Origin: Octopus sinensis
Taxonomy: Eukaryota
Direction: 5' to 3'
NCBI RefSeq assembly: GCF_006345805.1
Contig: NC_043014.1
Coordinates: 50,840,001 to 50,904,000 of the forward strand
Length of the DNA: 64,000 nt
The position numbers and the translations under genes were made by a program. Position 1 is the first letter of the stretch. Every line of letters starts with the position of its first letter. Shown one piece after another: positions 1-12,930 of the stretch. The notes under the pieces are model-generated. The model was given only the letters and a program-made list of their open reading frames with translations. It was not told where the DNA came from and ran no database searches.

Positions 1-678
1 CCTCTTTCCCTCTCTAATTATTTGATGCAAAGCGTAATGGAAAAAAAAGTCAACCAGCCAACCTCCAACTTTTATATCTGCTATACTTATATAGATATTA
101 TATCCTTTTTTTTTAAATAGTAAGATATGAATAAGAAGATGAGAGGGCTGGCGGTAATTTCGAACAGGTTGACTGACCACTTAAAGAATTCGTTATTGGT
201 TCGTTTAATATTGAATTCGAAATTCTATACTCATATCAATAAATAAGCAACAAAATATATTTCTCATCCTGAGTTAGAAAAAAAAAATAATGTGATTCCA
301 AATGATGACACACAGAAAATCTTCCAAAGGAAATTATCAGATATAAAAACAAATTTACAGCAATGCGTCTGACCAGGATATGCCTAGAGATCACTTCCTA
401 TTTTCGGAGATATATTTTCATTTTGCTCATAGACATAATCAAATTTGACCCACACAGACACACACACACGGACACATACACACACAAGATGTATAACTGG
501 TGACATAGCGCACATACAAATCAAAGATGTTGCGCAAGAAATGAATATATTTTTATATAATCTTTTGCTAGTCTCAAAAGAAATCTATAGAAATACCGAT
601 TCCAAAGTCAAAACTAACAGGCTGTCTAAGCGTTTGTCTCTGTTATATATATGTTAGAATATACATATACATACATAC

Positions 679-753
<75 letters not shown>

Positions 754-1062
754 AAATAAAGCTTATTTGACATCATAAAATGGCAGTCCTGATTAGGACC
801 TGTGTCACTGCTATTTAACCACAGGAAAGCATCGTCTCCATCTCTTATCAACACACTAACTGCGTTCTTATATTTTGGAACAAGGGTGATAGTGTCCCCA
901 CTCAGCTCTAAGCAATATCTTTGTACGAATGATTTCTGGGTTATTTCACTTCGTCAGCACAGAATTAATCGCTTGGTTAAAAATGACGTTGTAAAGTATA
1001 TACTTCGCCATCTCTAGCGAAGCGATTATTCTGTGCTGATGAAAGGAAATATCTATCTATCT

Positions 1063-1149
<87 letters not shown>

Positions 1150-1341
1150 GTATGTCAGTCTGTTTGTCTGTCTTTCTATCTGTCTGTCTGTCTAGCTATT
1201 CATATGTATATGCATGTATGTGTGCATCTATTAGCATCTATTAGCGGGTCAGCCATTAGTCTTTTAAAAGATACTTTGTCTGTTACATCATAATTCAATA
1301 AATACGTAGCTACTCTTTGGCCTATCGACAAACAATAAAAG

Positions 1342-1382
1342 TGACCCTAACCGGTCATAGATTCTATGACCAGTTAGGGTCA
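1342..1382. repeat. 41-bp near-perfect palindrome
   Basis: TGACCCTAACCGGTCATAGA T TCTATGACCAGTTAGGGTCA: 20-bp arms with one mismatch. Confidence 0.9.
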
Positions 1383-1821
1383 AAGGATCATGCAGCTGCA
1401 CATCCTGTTGATTTTTTAATGTTTTTGAATGTTGTGGTTCACGTATTCTCCTGTTAAAAACGATTCTTCTAATGATGTAATCTCCATTAATCAATTAAAA
1501 ATTCGTTGGAAACAGCTGTAGTGAAATGACACATCCATCTGTTTATATCTATTTATTATTCAACTCTCTCGGTACCTGTTCCTTGCGTAGATCTGAAGCA
1601 TATTATCATATTGCTCTTCTTAATTAGGCTCAGGGCTATTCATATACTCAGCCAGGTACAGTTAATCGTTTACATAACCTGAATATCTTCCTACATCTAC
1701 TTCAGCAGCTGCATATGTACTCCTCCATTTTTGATGTGTAAACGTTTTACTTTCAGCCCAACAAGGAGACTTACCTTTTACGGGCCCAATTCTATTATAT
1801 ATATCTGTCTATCTATCTATC

Positions 1822-1903
<82 letters not shown>

Positions 1904-1919
1904 ACTATCTACATATGTA

Positions 1920-1994
<75 letters not shown>

Positions 1995-2018
1995 GTGTGT
2001 GTATGTATGAAAATATAT

Positions 2019-2459
2019 TATAATTATAAATTTGAGAAAAGAAAATGTCCTTAACAACTTATAAAATTTATTAATATTTATTCTTTACGTGCGTGTGGCT
2101 GCGCGTGTGGCTGAAGTAGATTGTATCGTCATCATGCGGTCTCGGTTTCCATTTCACTATGAGGTGTTTCAGTATAAATATTTTTTATAGATTCGCTTTG
2201 ACCGTGAAAAAGGACAATCCACACATTGCATGTCTATGCACATGGAACCACCACCACTCCACGAAGGGGCGTCGGTGAAAACGAATCTATAAAAAAATAT
2301 TTATACTGAAACACTTCATAGCGAAATGGAAACCGAGACCGCATGATGACGATGCAATCTACTTCAGCCACACGCGCAGCCACACGCATGTAAGGAATAA
2401 ATATTAATAAATTTTATAAGTTGTTAAGGACATTTTCTTTTCTCAAATTCATAATTATA
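2019..2459. repeat. Long inverted repeat, ~186-bp arms, ~68-bp spacer
   Basis: 2019-2204 is the reverse complement of 2273-2459 with a few substitutions. Confidence 0.9.
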
Positions 2460-2471
2460 CTTTTCTCCTAG

Positions 2472-2679
2472 AGATTAAATTGTTCAGAGACGCCATCCGC
2501 ATAAACGAAAATATAGTTAAGTTAGTGATATTTAATTTAGTTCGTGAAACACAGGAAAAAATAAATAAAGAAGGAAAGAAAAAAAAACAAACAAAAATCA
2601 AGATATTAGTTGGCAAGAAACGTTATTAGCAGAGCATTGTGTTTTTCATGCTGATGGCGTCTTTGGAACTATTTAATCT
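2472..2679. mobile_element. Possible old MITE (imperfect ~33-bp terminal inverted repeats)
   Basis: AGATTAAATTGTTCAGAGACGCCATCCGCAT versus ATGCTGATGGCGTCTTTGGAACTATTTAATCT; no clear TSD. Confidence 0.35.
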
Positions 2680-3138
2680 TAATGAATCAATTCTCTTTAT
2701 GAAAACCAATATATCGAGGATATAGAGTAGAGAAGATGTTTCACGGATGTATGTAGTTAGCCTCCAATACATGATAAAAAAGACAAAAGGAGAAACGTTA
2801 TTATTATATAGTTAATTGCCATTCTTCTTCACATCGCATTTGTTTCTAATTAGCTTTTGAATATTCCATTCATTGACTATTAAAATGTTTACCTTAATGT
2901 TTTTGGGCTTGTTTTCGTATTATTCGCTTATGGTGTATAATAGCGTCGTTGTTTACGTAGAGTAAACGCTCAGTTTGTAAAGGAAAAGGCAAGAATTAGC
3001 ACCGGTATTACGTCATCGGCACAGAGAGACGGACGGAGAGGTATTGCAAATATTAACGCGAAAAATATACATCATCAAGTGTTTTTATTATATATATGCA
3101 TTAACATATACGACAATACACATTATCTATCGATCTAA

Positions 3139-3187
<49 letters not shown>

Positions 3188-3188
3188 C

Positions 3189-3256
<68 letters not shown>

Positions 3257-3259
3257 CTA

Positions 3260-3304
<45 letters not shown>

Positions 3305-3344
3305 GCGTGTGTGTATGCTTGTATATATATATATATATATAATA

Positions 3345-3703
3345 ATAAATATTAGGGAATAAATCCAAATTTACAGGGAAAAATCAGATTCAGGATTGAA
3401 TCCAATTTTATAGTAAAATATTCTATTATATTAAATTAGAGACAAAACCACTATTATGCAAATCAAACAAAGAAAGACTTAAGCCAATACATAAAATAAT
3501 TTATATAAATTAAAATTTAACAATTATAAATAACCACTACGATCGTTTCGTGTCAGCACATCTTTGAGACATTCTTCAGGTGGTTTCAAAACCTTCTTGG
3601 CGAGTTTTAAACTATGTAAATTTATATAAATTATTTTATGTATTGGCTTAAGTCTTTCTTTGTTTGATTTGCATAATAGTGGTTTTGTCTCTAATTTAAT
3701 ATA

Positions 3704-3706
<3 letters not shown>
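3345..3706. mobile_element. pLTR-like block with an 88-bp inverted duplication (3424-3511 / 3619-3706) around a hammerhead
   Basis: Arms read as exact reverse complements. Related fragments occur at 15053-15108 and 48905-48970. Confidence 0.7.
3532..3585 (-). ncRNA. Minimal type I hammerhead ribozyme (Penelope-like pLTR type)
   Basis: Minus strand reads AACCAC CTGAAGA ATGTC-13nt-GACAC GAAAC GATC GTA GTGGTT. Stem I is 6 bp, stem II is TGTC/GACA with an A.C mismatch at its base, and stem III is the palindrome ACGATCGT. Confidence 0.75.
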
Positions 3707-3786
<80 letters not shown>

Positions 3787-3802
3787 CATATATATATATA
3801 TG

Positions 3803-3974
3803 CATATCTATCCGTTAAATTGTATCTTTTCATAATTTCCTTCATTTCTAGGTTTATTTTTTTCAAATTTTTCTTTGTATTAATTTTATATTTGGAGTTG
3901 AGTTCCTTCTTAATTAGCTTGCTATAAAGAGTGTAATCTATTCGATACAGATTACCAGTTTTATCCGCAGGCAC
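3803..3974 (-). mobile_element. Penelope-like element ORF fragment (pre-RT region)
   Basis: PADKTGNLYRIDYTLYSKLIKKELNSKYK resembles the ADK(T/G)-N-Y motif I recall upstream of PLE reverse transcriptases. It is flanked by hammerhead-bearing blocks. Confidence 0.5.
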
Positions 3975-4061
3975 TAAGATTCCTTGTTTATTCCGAATTG
4001 AACAAATAAAGTTTCTGAGATGTTTGAGGTGACAACATCCCCTTTGGAAATCTCATATGTG

Positions 4062-4150
4062 TTTTGGCTGATAAATACAGGACATTTGTATTTGATGCAA
4101 TATTTGCAGCTTTTAATAAATCTGTTCTTCGTATGAAACAATTGTACTGA
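4062..4150 (+). ncRNA. Decayed paralogue of the 61031-61118 hammerhead
   Basis: TTTTGG CTGATAA ATAC...GTAT GAAAC AATT GTA CTGAA. The core G8 is lost. Flanks 4030-4290 align by eye with 60990-61260. Confidence 0.55.
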
Positions 4151-4302
4151 ACAACTAATCCAATATTGTTGCTTTTTTTCTTGTTTATAATCACCCCACA
4201 TTATTTTATGGTTAATACCATAAAGATTTCTGGTGCTTCTAAGTTAAGTACCACATTCATGTGAATTCATTGGAACTCACTTGAATCTTAATTGTTTTAC
4301 TG

Positions 4303-4347
<45 letters not shown>

Positions 4348-5375
4348 GTGTGTTTGTGTGTATGCTTGTCTGTGTATATATTTATATATTCTTTTATTCT
4401 TTTACTTGTTTCAGTTATGTGACTGCATCCATGCTACAGTACCGTCTTGAATTGTTTTCGTCAAACCAGTTTTCCATTGTATGTAACCATCCCTTTCAGA
4501 GGTTAACATATCCTCTAAATCCTCTCTCACTCAGTATATATATATATATATATAATATATTATATATATATATACATATACATATGCACACATACACAAA
4601 CATATACACATATACTGTTGTATGCATTTCTGTCTCTAGAACAATACACAGTTGCAACGTGCATAATTTTGGGAGTTAAAATTGGTTCCCTGCTACGTGT
4701 TCGCTTATATTCCATCCTCGTACTATTTTAACGACTAATTTCTACCAAACGATTGTGGAGATCAAATTTTTGTACAATCGCGTCGGTAGGTGACATAATA
4801 CGCTATTCAAATGAAAACTCCAAACCTTTTCTCTTCGCTGATTATGCTGCATTCTCTTCATTGAAAAGAGCCAGGCCCACTTTCCCTTCAAAAGATTTTT
4901 CTCTTCTTTTCATCTGACTGTTTTAAAAGTTCTGATAAACGCTATGGATGTTTTCTTTTCTCCTATGAATAAGCTACTGCGAAAAGTGCATTCATGAAAT
5001 GCAACTGGTATCATTAGTAACCCATTGTGAGTGACTACGCTCACATCAGGTTCCTAAATGTCTAACTGCTGGTCGCATATATGGCACAAAGGGGAACGTT
5101 TATCCTTAGTATATTTTGTGACACTTCCAAGTATGCAAAAGAAGATTGATGACAAAAGTATTATAACAGTGGAATTGTCCCTTCCTTCCCGAAATATTTC
5201 ATTGAGATATAATTCAAAACTACATTTCTAGCGAAGCATATACATAACTTTAAAATATGCGTTAGCTGTTTATACTTTCGATTGATATAAGTGTGTGTGT
5301 GTGTATTTGTGTGTATGAGTGTATGTATATGCATGTGTGTGCACATATATACATATATGTATGTATATGTATATG

Positions 5376-5411
<36 letters not shown>

Positions 5412-8188
5412 GTGGAGATATGGAATTAATTTTATTAATTGAAGATTTTAGATTTCCAAATGGTTTGCTAATTATACTTTAATTATGATTTAATTAAACT
5501 CCTCTCATTCTCTCACTGTTCCTTTTTTCCCGGTAAATAATGTACTTAATTGATTTACCTGTACATTTTAAATCCGATCTGCAGCTTTCGCAATATACAA
5601 ATGCTATATCTTTAGATTTTGTTTTAATCTTTATAATGGCATATTATTTAAAGTAACTTTTCTCTGAACTTCCCCTATTCAGCCATATTTAGCTCTATTT
5701 CATTTAATATATCTAAAGTGTAAAAGCTCTTAAAACTTTCTTCTTTGAATATTATTAACAGACGACAATAAATTTAGGAACATAGAAATAGCAAATGCGG
5801 ATATACCAAACTGACGAAACAATATGTTCCAAGATTCTACATTTGAATAGAAATATCAAATGAAATTACATAATTTAAATTGATGCTTTTCAACTTAATG
5901 GTTGTTTAGTTCTGTCAGAAAATGCCATGCAGTAACAGAATAAAACGGAAGAGATCAAAGTAGCAGAGCATAATTTGACATAACAAATCAGAAAGTGATT
6001 ATAAAATATAAGTTTGAATAGATAATGAATATATTTTTTATGGAGCAGAATAATTGCGAAAAGCTTAGTTACTCATATTGAAATTTCTAGTAATAAATAT
6101 AAGACACATATATATTGTCCTTCAAGCGGTTTTATATGACATATACCATTAATATATCTACTTTATATTCAGCCAAAATGTTTGAATGTTTACAATAATT
6201 TTTTTTAATTAAAATTTTCTGAGTATTAAAATTTTCTTGTTTTGTTTTCAAACTAGTTTTGGTTATTATGGTTTTACTGCGCATAATATTCGTGTACATT
6301 AAATATTGAAATTATCCAGACAGTTTCCACTTGTTTATATCTATATTAAGATAGAAGTTATATAGATATATGCTTTCAATGATAGTCACAATTTCCCAGT
6401 TATATAACAAATCGTATTAATTCTATGTATCTGTATAAAGTTTTAGTAAATATGATATCTGTCAAAACCTAACCTGTAGGTCAACTAATACTGAAGATGT
6501 CTGAAAAACAATGGCGTTACTGTCTATACAATGGTTTTCAAAATACAATGAAAGTGAAATAGTGTGCACGCTTAATAATACTTGGACTATATACTTGATT
6601 TGAAAACTTCCTTAGCTTTAGACAATATCATCATAATTCTGTCTGCGTATTTACAAAGGGATCTTGAATAATATATTATATATTTGAACCAATGGTCAAG
6701 TAAATATTGAAATATGTTCCATGAATGTGACGTAGCACGGTGCACTGATAAACCAATGAAAGCGTCGTAATCGTTACGCTGTACTTTCGCTCAGCTTGGG
6801 AAATTTCTTTTCTCTTTTTTGTTGTAGATTAAAATACTCGAAAAGGCACAAAAATTGCTTAAACAGCCGATACTCATTAAAGTTTAATAAAATGTATTAG
6901 GAAGATTATCATGGCTAGTATTACAATTAATGTCTTGTACGTATACACACTCTTAGATATAATTTGATAAATAGATAAACACTAGATAATGTCACCTGTC
7001 TGCAAAATCTACATGTGTATATATGTATGCATGTACGCATGTATGCGTGTATGTTTGTGTGTGTGTGTGTGTGCGTGTGTATGGATTTAAATCGATTAAT
7101 TGAAAATTATGTTGCCGTTGTCACTTAGCCATGCTTTAGCAAATATCATGAAGAGTTATGTTGCTAGCTAGTGCCGAGTCTGGTCAATATTCATGGGAAC
7201 TAATGTGCATTACGAGGCCTCCTTTGCCCATTGTACTGAACTGTACGAATGCAATACTTGCATTGATCAATATTGGACTAAAGACAAAAACAGGCATCAG
7301 TGCATCAGTTTCAACGCATAACTTCCGGTTACGCACTGCCCAAAACAAGTGAAAATATGAAATATCCACATTAGATACTGCTTCGAAATGGTGTCATAAA
7401 ATATGGATGAATTTTAATACTGATGAAAAGCTTAAGAGCATGGAACTACACCATTAACACCCGACCGATCCTGTGAAACAGATTCTAAGTAAACATTGGG
7501 AATTGTAGCTAAAATTCTCTATAAATTATGCTGCGACATTAATATAGTTTCATAAACCAAAAAAAAAAAAAAGCGTTCAGATAATATATTCTTGAGGATA
7601 ACTATGCGTATCGTATGGTCAATGTTGGGATGTTTCGTACATGTATCTGTTATTTCAGGGATAACGCATTACTAAGAAATTATCAATGAGGTTATTATAT
7701 TCAAATGATAATCGATTTGTTAAATGTAGACGTGTGGTCTATCTTGCTGATCATATATTTCAGTGGTTGTCTTTTAACACATCTTTCTACACACCAAATT
7801 GGATGTGGAAAACTAGCAGACGCAAGCTATTCTGAAACGCTACCCCGATTCATTTTCAAACACCCCCCCCCACACACACACACCTTGACACACCCAAACT
7901 AACACACACACACAACACATATATGTATATGCATCCATATATCTATGTATGTAGCTGACTTTGTTCATTTGTATACATGTTTGCATACATGTGGAAATAT
8001 AAAGTGTGTATATCTACGTGTATAACCAAAGATAGAAAGGGAAAATGGAACTCACAAGATTCTTTACACACAAACGCACACATACACATACACACACAGA
8101 ATTTATTAATGGAGCTGCATGTATACATCTATATGTATATATGTGTGTGTGCGTATGTATGTGTATATGTATATGTGTATATGCTTGT

Positions 8189-8390
8189 GCGTTTGTCCCC
8201 CAACATCGCTTGACAACCGTTGTTGGTGTGTTTACGTCACCGTTTACTTAGCGATTCGGCAAAAGTGACCGGAAGTATAAGTACTTGGTTTACAAAGAAT
8301 AAACCATGGATTCGATTTGTTCCTCTAAAGGCGGTGCTCCAGCATGTTCGCAATCAAAGGACCGAAGGAAATAAAACAAAAAACAAGAAT
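8189..8390 (+). mobile_element. SINE family A, 3' half only (diverged)
   Basis: GTTTGTCCCCCAACATCGCTTGACAACC...GGCGGTGCTCCAGCATG. Other partial or degenerate copies lie near 4390-4450, 35160-35400, 38365-38470, 45030-45280, 48590-48790 and 58262-58480. Confidence 0.75.
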
Positions 8391-8944
8391 ATGCATGTGT
8401 GTGTGTGTGTGTATGTACGTGTGTGTGTGGGGGGGTGCTCCAGCATCGTCGCAGCCTAAGGGCTGAACCATATCAAAGAATAGCAGAATGTGTGAAATAT
8501 ATTATAATGAACTTATTGAATACAGTGCTGAAGTGCACCACATATGTGTATGTCTAGGATGTTGACCAGTTTTCTTCTGACTAGATGTTTATCGGGTGCA
8601 AATCAATATTCAGATATCTGCTAACTGTTATCGGCCATCGGAGGAAGTCCACATCCAGATGCTCACAAGAAAAATTGATGTTTGCCAAATAATATTCAAG
8701 TCCACATGTTGGTCTACTCCAGACATTCTCACACTCTCCTCTCAGTGTATGGTATTAGCATTGTTTGTATAAAACGTTAACTTACTCAGTTCCATTCGGG
8801 TGTGTGTGTTTTTTTTTTTTTCAAGCGTATGAACCATCTTCTCGAGTATGCGTTTGCACTCTGTATATATTTTTGTGTGTTTGATCATGTCTGTGTATGT
8901 ATGCGCGAAAAACGTGACTGCGTAAGGGTATATGTGTCTGTAAA

Positions 8945-9185
8945 GCGGTGAGCTGGCAGAAACGTTAGCATTCCGGGCGAGATGCTCAGCGGTATTTCGT
9001 CTGTCTGAACGTTCTGAGTTCAAATTCCGCCGACGTCGACTTTGCTTGTCATCCTTTTGGGGTCGATTAAATAAGTACCAGTTACGGACTGGGTCGATGT
9101 AATCGACTTAATCCGTTTGTCTGTCCTTGTTTGTTCCCTCTGTGTTTAGCCCCCTGTGGGTAGTAAAGAAATAGGTATTTCGACT
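8945..9185 (+). mobile_element. SINE family C, head plus one ~181-bp unit
   Basis: GCGGTGAGCTGGCAGAAACGTTAG...GAGTTCAAATTCC (B box). Body follows the family pattern CTTTGCCTTTCATCCTTTCGGGGTCGAT-AAATAAGTACC, and the end repeats the head motif GGTATTTCG. Confidence 0.85.
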
Positions 9186-9277
9186 GTGTTTGTTCACATG
9201 CCTACGAGCATTACAAGTATTGTGGTTGCTTGCGTTTCTTTATCCCTTTCACTTCACCCTCATTTCGTCTACTTCAG

Positions 9278-9639
9278 AAGAATTCCTATACAAACAGAAA
9301 ACCTCGTTCCGTCCCTTCAGTCAAAAAAAACCTATTAGCTACCGTCTCCACCACCACCACCACCACCACCAGCCGTTCAAGAATTTGAACCTGGACATCT
9401 CCATTTTCAGCGGCATCGAGGGCCACTTCCCAGTGGTGTTGGGCGTCAACGAAGAGCCCTCGACTACAACAAGTCGACCAACTTTTTTTTCCAAGGTCTG
9501 GGGTCTCCCGCTCCTAAGCCCTAGACCATTACCTAATCAACCTTACCCGTCTTGTTGGTTAACAACAACAACAACCAGCAACACGTGCACTAACATGACG
9601 CCCCTCACCTTACTCCAGTCATGCCGTCTCACTTACTAA
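9278..9639 (+). CDS. Candidate orphan coding exon (His-run, unknown product)
   Basis: Polypyrimidine tract plus CAG ending at 9277; frame open to the stop at 9637-9639. Codons for NLDISIFSGIEGHFPVVLGVN end mostly in C/G in an AT-rich background. No homologue recognised. Confidence 0.3.
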
Positions 9640-9995
9640 CGCCAACGCTAATCAATGGGTGTTCAGATATCATCTCCACCGTTATCATCTATAAATTCCT
9701 TCCGCTCTTCTGACATCTTCGAAATCTTGTTCAAAGGCTCAAGTCGCCCTTGTTGTACGGCTCTACTCTTTATCCATTTTTACTTTCTCCCCAATAATAT
9801 ACATTCACGCATATGTGTGTGTTTATATATATATATATATATATAATATATATATATATAGGGAGAGTTTATGAACAAAACAAAAAGACGAAGACAGGTG
9901 GTGTACAAAACAAACAGATGTATTAGTATAATGCTCATATATATATATATACGTATATATGTATGTATGTATGTATGTATGCATATATATTGATG

Positions 9996-10041
<46 letters not shown>

Positions 10042-11160
10042 CCAGTGACACTTCACCAAGCACCATGTGGTTGGTAAACAAACTTATATATATAGACACA
10101 CACATATACGCTTATGCTTATGTGTGTGTGTGTGTTTGCGTGCACATGCATGTATGTGTTCGTGTGTTAGTATTTGTGCATTGGCAATTTAAAGGAACAA
10201 ATATGTGAATAAAGCAAATGCCAGATGCCAATATATTCTGGAATCACTTTAATCAACTAAAATACCTGCAGCTGTTTCGTACGCTTGCGCACAGAACGCC
10301 AAATCATATTTTTGAATTAGAATATCAACAACAGACAGCGTAGCAACAAAACACCATTTCTATGTACACATGCACATTGTTAGGGATTGTTATAAGAATA
10401 GCTCAGCATAAAATGCAAGATGTTTCCGAACGATAATAAAATTACACATCAAGTATTCTTAGCAGGCTTTTTAGGTTCTAAGGATATTTTTGTGAGAGAT
10501 AAATATCAAAGAATATTATGTTTATATTTATATCTACATCTTATAATATCCAACATATTTTGGTTTTAGTGTGCTATAAATATAAAACCTTATGTTATAG
10601 TTGGTGTTTAGCTGATATTTTTTGATGAGTATAGATTGAATAAAATGACAAGCCTTTGGAAATTTACTACTAAATCAATATTCCTTTTGGGCGAAATCCA
10701 CCAATATTACGACAAGTTCGTATGCACTTCTTGCAAAACAAACGCACATATTTATGGAGACAGAAACCTATAAAGATTTATGATGAAGAAATTAATACAT
10801 TCTTCGAAATTATTTCGAAAATATTTCCTTCTTGCCTAACTATTTTGTGCGAGCGCTCAAGAATAGATACGAATATCAGATTTATCTCCATTATAAATTT
10901 AGTTTTAATTGGTTCATTTGATTAAATTATATTAATTAGAACATTAATTAAACACGTAACACTTGATAATAACTATACATTATTTTCAATTTTGAATCGT
11001 ATTTAATCTCGTGGTGTCGTTGCAATGAATGAAAGACAAAAAAAAAATGATTTAAAAGTCTAACTAAAATTCCAATTGACAAAAAAAAAGAAAAGACATG
11101 TTTACGTTGACTGAAAATAGCTGGCACTGAACTGGGATGGTCCAACTTGGAACGCACTAC

Positions 11161-11580
11161 TTACTCTTTACTCTCTCTTTTACTTGTTTCAGTCATGTGA
11201 CTGTAGCCATGCTGGAGCGCCGCCTTTAGTCGAGCAAATCGACCCCAGGACTTATTCTTTGTAAGCTTAGTACTTATTCTATCGGTATCTTTTGCCGAAC
11301 CGCTAAGTTACGGAGACGTTAACACACCAGCATCGGTTGTCAAGTGATGTCGGGGGAAGGGGTGCAAACACAGACACACAAATATATACACACACATTCA
11401 TATATATATTTACATATATACGACAGGCTTCTTTCAGTTTCCGTCTACCAAATCCACTCAGAAGGCTTTGACCGGCCCGAGGCTATAGTAGAAGACACTT
11501 GGCCAAGGTACCACGCAGTGGGACTGAAGCTGGAACCATGTGGTTAGTAAGCAAGTTACTTACCACACAGCCACTCCTAC
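11161..11580 (-). mobile_element. SINE family A, full copy (tRNA head, CORE-like body, internal microsatellite, CR1-like tail)
   Basis: Family head GGAGTGGCTGTGTGG (A box)...GGTTCAGTCCC (B box)...ACCTTGGGCAAGTG; family tail GGCGGTGCTCCAGCATGGCCGCAGTCAAATGACTGAAACAAGTAAAAGAG. This copy is a few substitutions from that consensus. Confidence 0.9.
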
Positions 11581-11599
11581 TTATTAATACTTAGCATTT

Positions 11600-12310
11600 T
11601 ATACTTTTTCCTTTCTCCATCTGTAAGAAATAAGTTCTAGCCAGAGGTTTTAGATATTGTACTATTATAAGATTATTCTTCAAATATCTGAATGGAGCAC
11701 ATTTCGCTACTGGACGCCCAGCAGCAATTTTCGGTTAGTATTCAAAATTGAGTTTAGAATTAGTATCGATCATATTCCCACAAACATCATTGTAGGTTCT
11801 CATGACATGCATCTTACAACCAGATATCAATAGACTAAACTTTGTGATTGATCATTTTCTATAATGCCTTCGTATGCACACAGCGTTGCTCCACTTCTTT
11901 TTCGAAATATATTTTCAGCTGCCGATCTGTAAATCTATTCTGAGAGTGTTAAACATTAAAGGAGGACAGAACTGTTTAGGTCTTAGGATGAGATTCATTG
12001 GAATCACAGTCTTCAGTTCTACAAAATGACACCCTGTAGATAATCTACTTCAATGTATAATCTCAATCCATCAATGACAGAGGCATCGAATTCAGTCACT
12101 AAAATATTCTCCTGCATTATTTACAACACTTCCGTCGCTTTTCGCAAACTTTCAGACAATATAAACAATTCCGCTCTCACTGTTGTTTTACCTATGGTTA
12201 CATTATTTTCTTTTAATTTGTTAATATAATTACAGATATGTTGTTCTATATAGCGCGAAACTGTTCGGAGCTGCTCTGGTGTCAAGTCATCAACCATAAT
12301 TATGTCGTAT
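11600..12310 (-). pseudogene. Possible decayed exon encoding tandem RRM-like repeats (PARP14/PARP10-like)
   Basis: Acceptor GATTTTCTCCAG at 12311-12322, then YDIIMVDDLTPEQLRTVSRYIEQ...RKATEVL*IMQENILVTEFDASVIDGLRLYIEV, and after a frameshift RFTDRQLKIYFEKE. Motif similarity is by eye only. Confidence 0.35.
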
Positions 12311-12529
12311 CTGGAGAAAATCATACAGTATTAATGCCTTATTTTCTAACACACTCACCGCTTTGATTTCCCCTCATTTATTATTTATCTGTTTTTCTTC
12401 AAAAGTTTCCGTTGCCTTTTGTAATCTTGTCAATGGATGTTGACACTGTCCGTCATTGGGGCGGAGTTATTTTTTTCTCTGTTTGTGCGCATGTGCGCGC
12501 GTCATCGTGCACGTGTTCTTATTTATGCA

Positions 12530-12530
12530 C

Positions 12531-12561
<31 letters not shown>

Positions 12562-12899
12562 TGCATGTATGTATGTATGTATGTGTGTATGTATGTATGT
12601 AAGCATGTATGTATGTATGCATGCATGCATGTATGTATGTATGTATGTATGTATGTGTGTATGTATGTATGTAAGCATGTATGTATGTATGTATGTATGT
12701 ATGTGTGTATGTATGTATGTATGTATGTATGTATGTATGTATGTATATATGTATGTATGTATGTATGTAAGCATGTATGTATGTATGTATGTATGTATGT
12801 GTGTATGTATGTATGTATGTATGTATGTATGTATATATGTATGTATGTAAGTATGTATGTATGTATGTATGTATGTGTGTATGTATGTATGTATGTATG

Positions 12900-12930
<31 letters not shown>

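Noticed and set aside
1768-1795. Perfect minus-strand donor AAG|GTAAGT
   Set aside because: No credible acceptor or exon upstream; it runs into a microsatellite.
7160-7310. Cys-rich reading HCTELYECNTCIDQYWTKDKNRHQC, reminiscent of GPCR/TNFR cysteine repeats
   Set aside because: Short, bounded by stops and lacking a splice donor; similarity is too weak.
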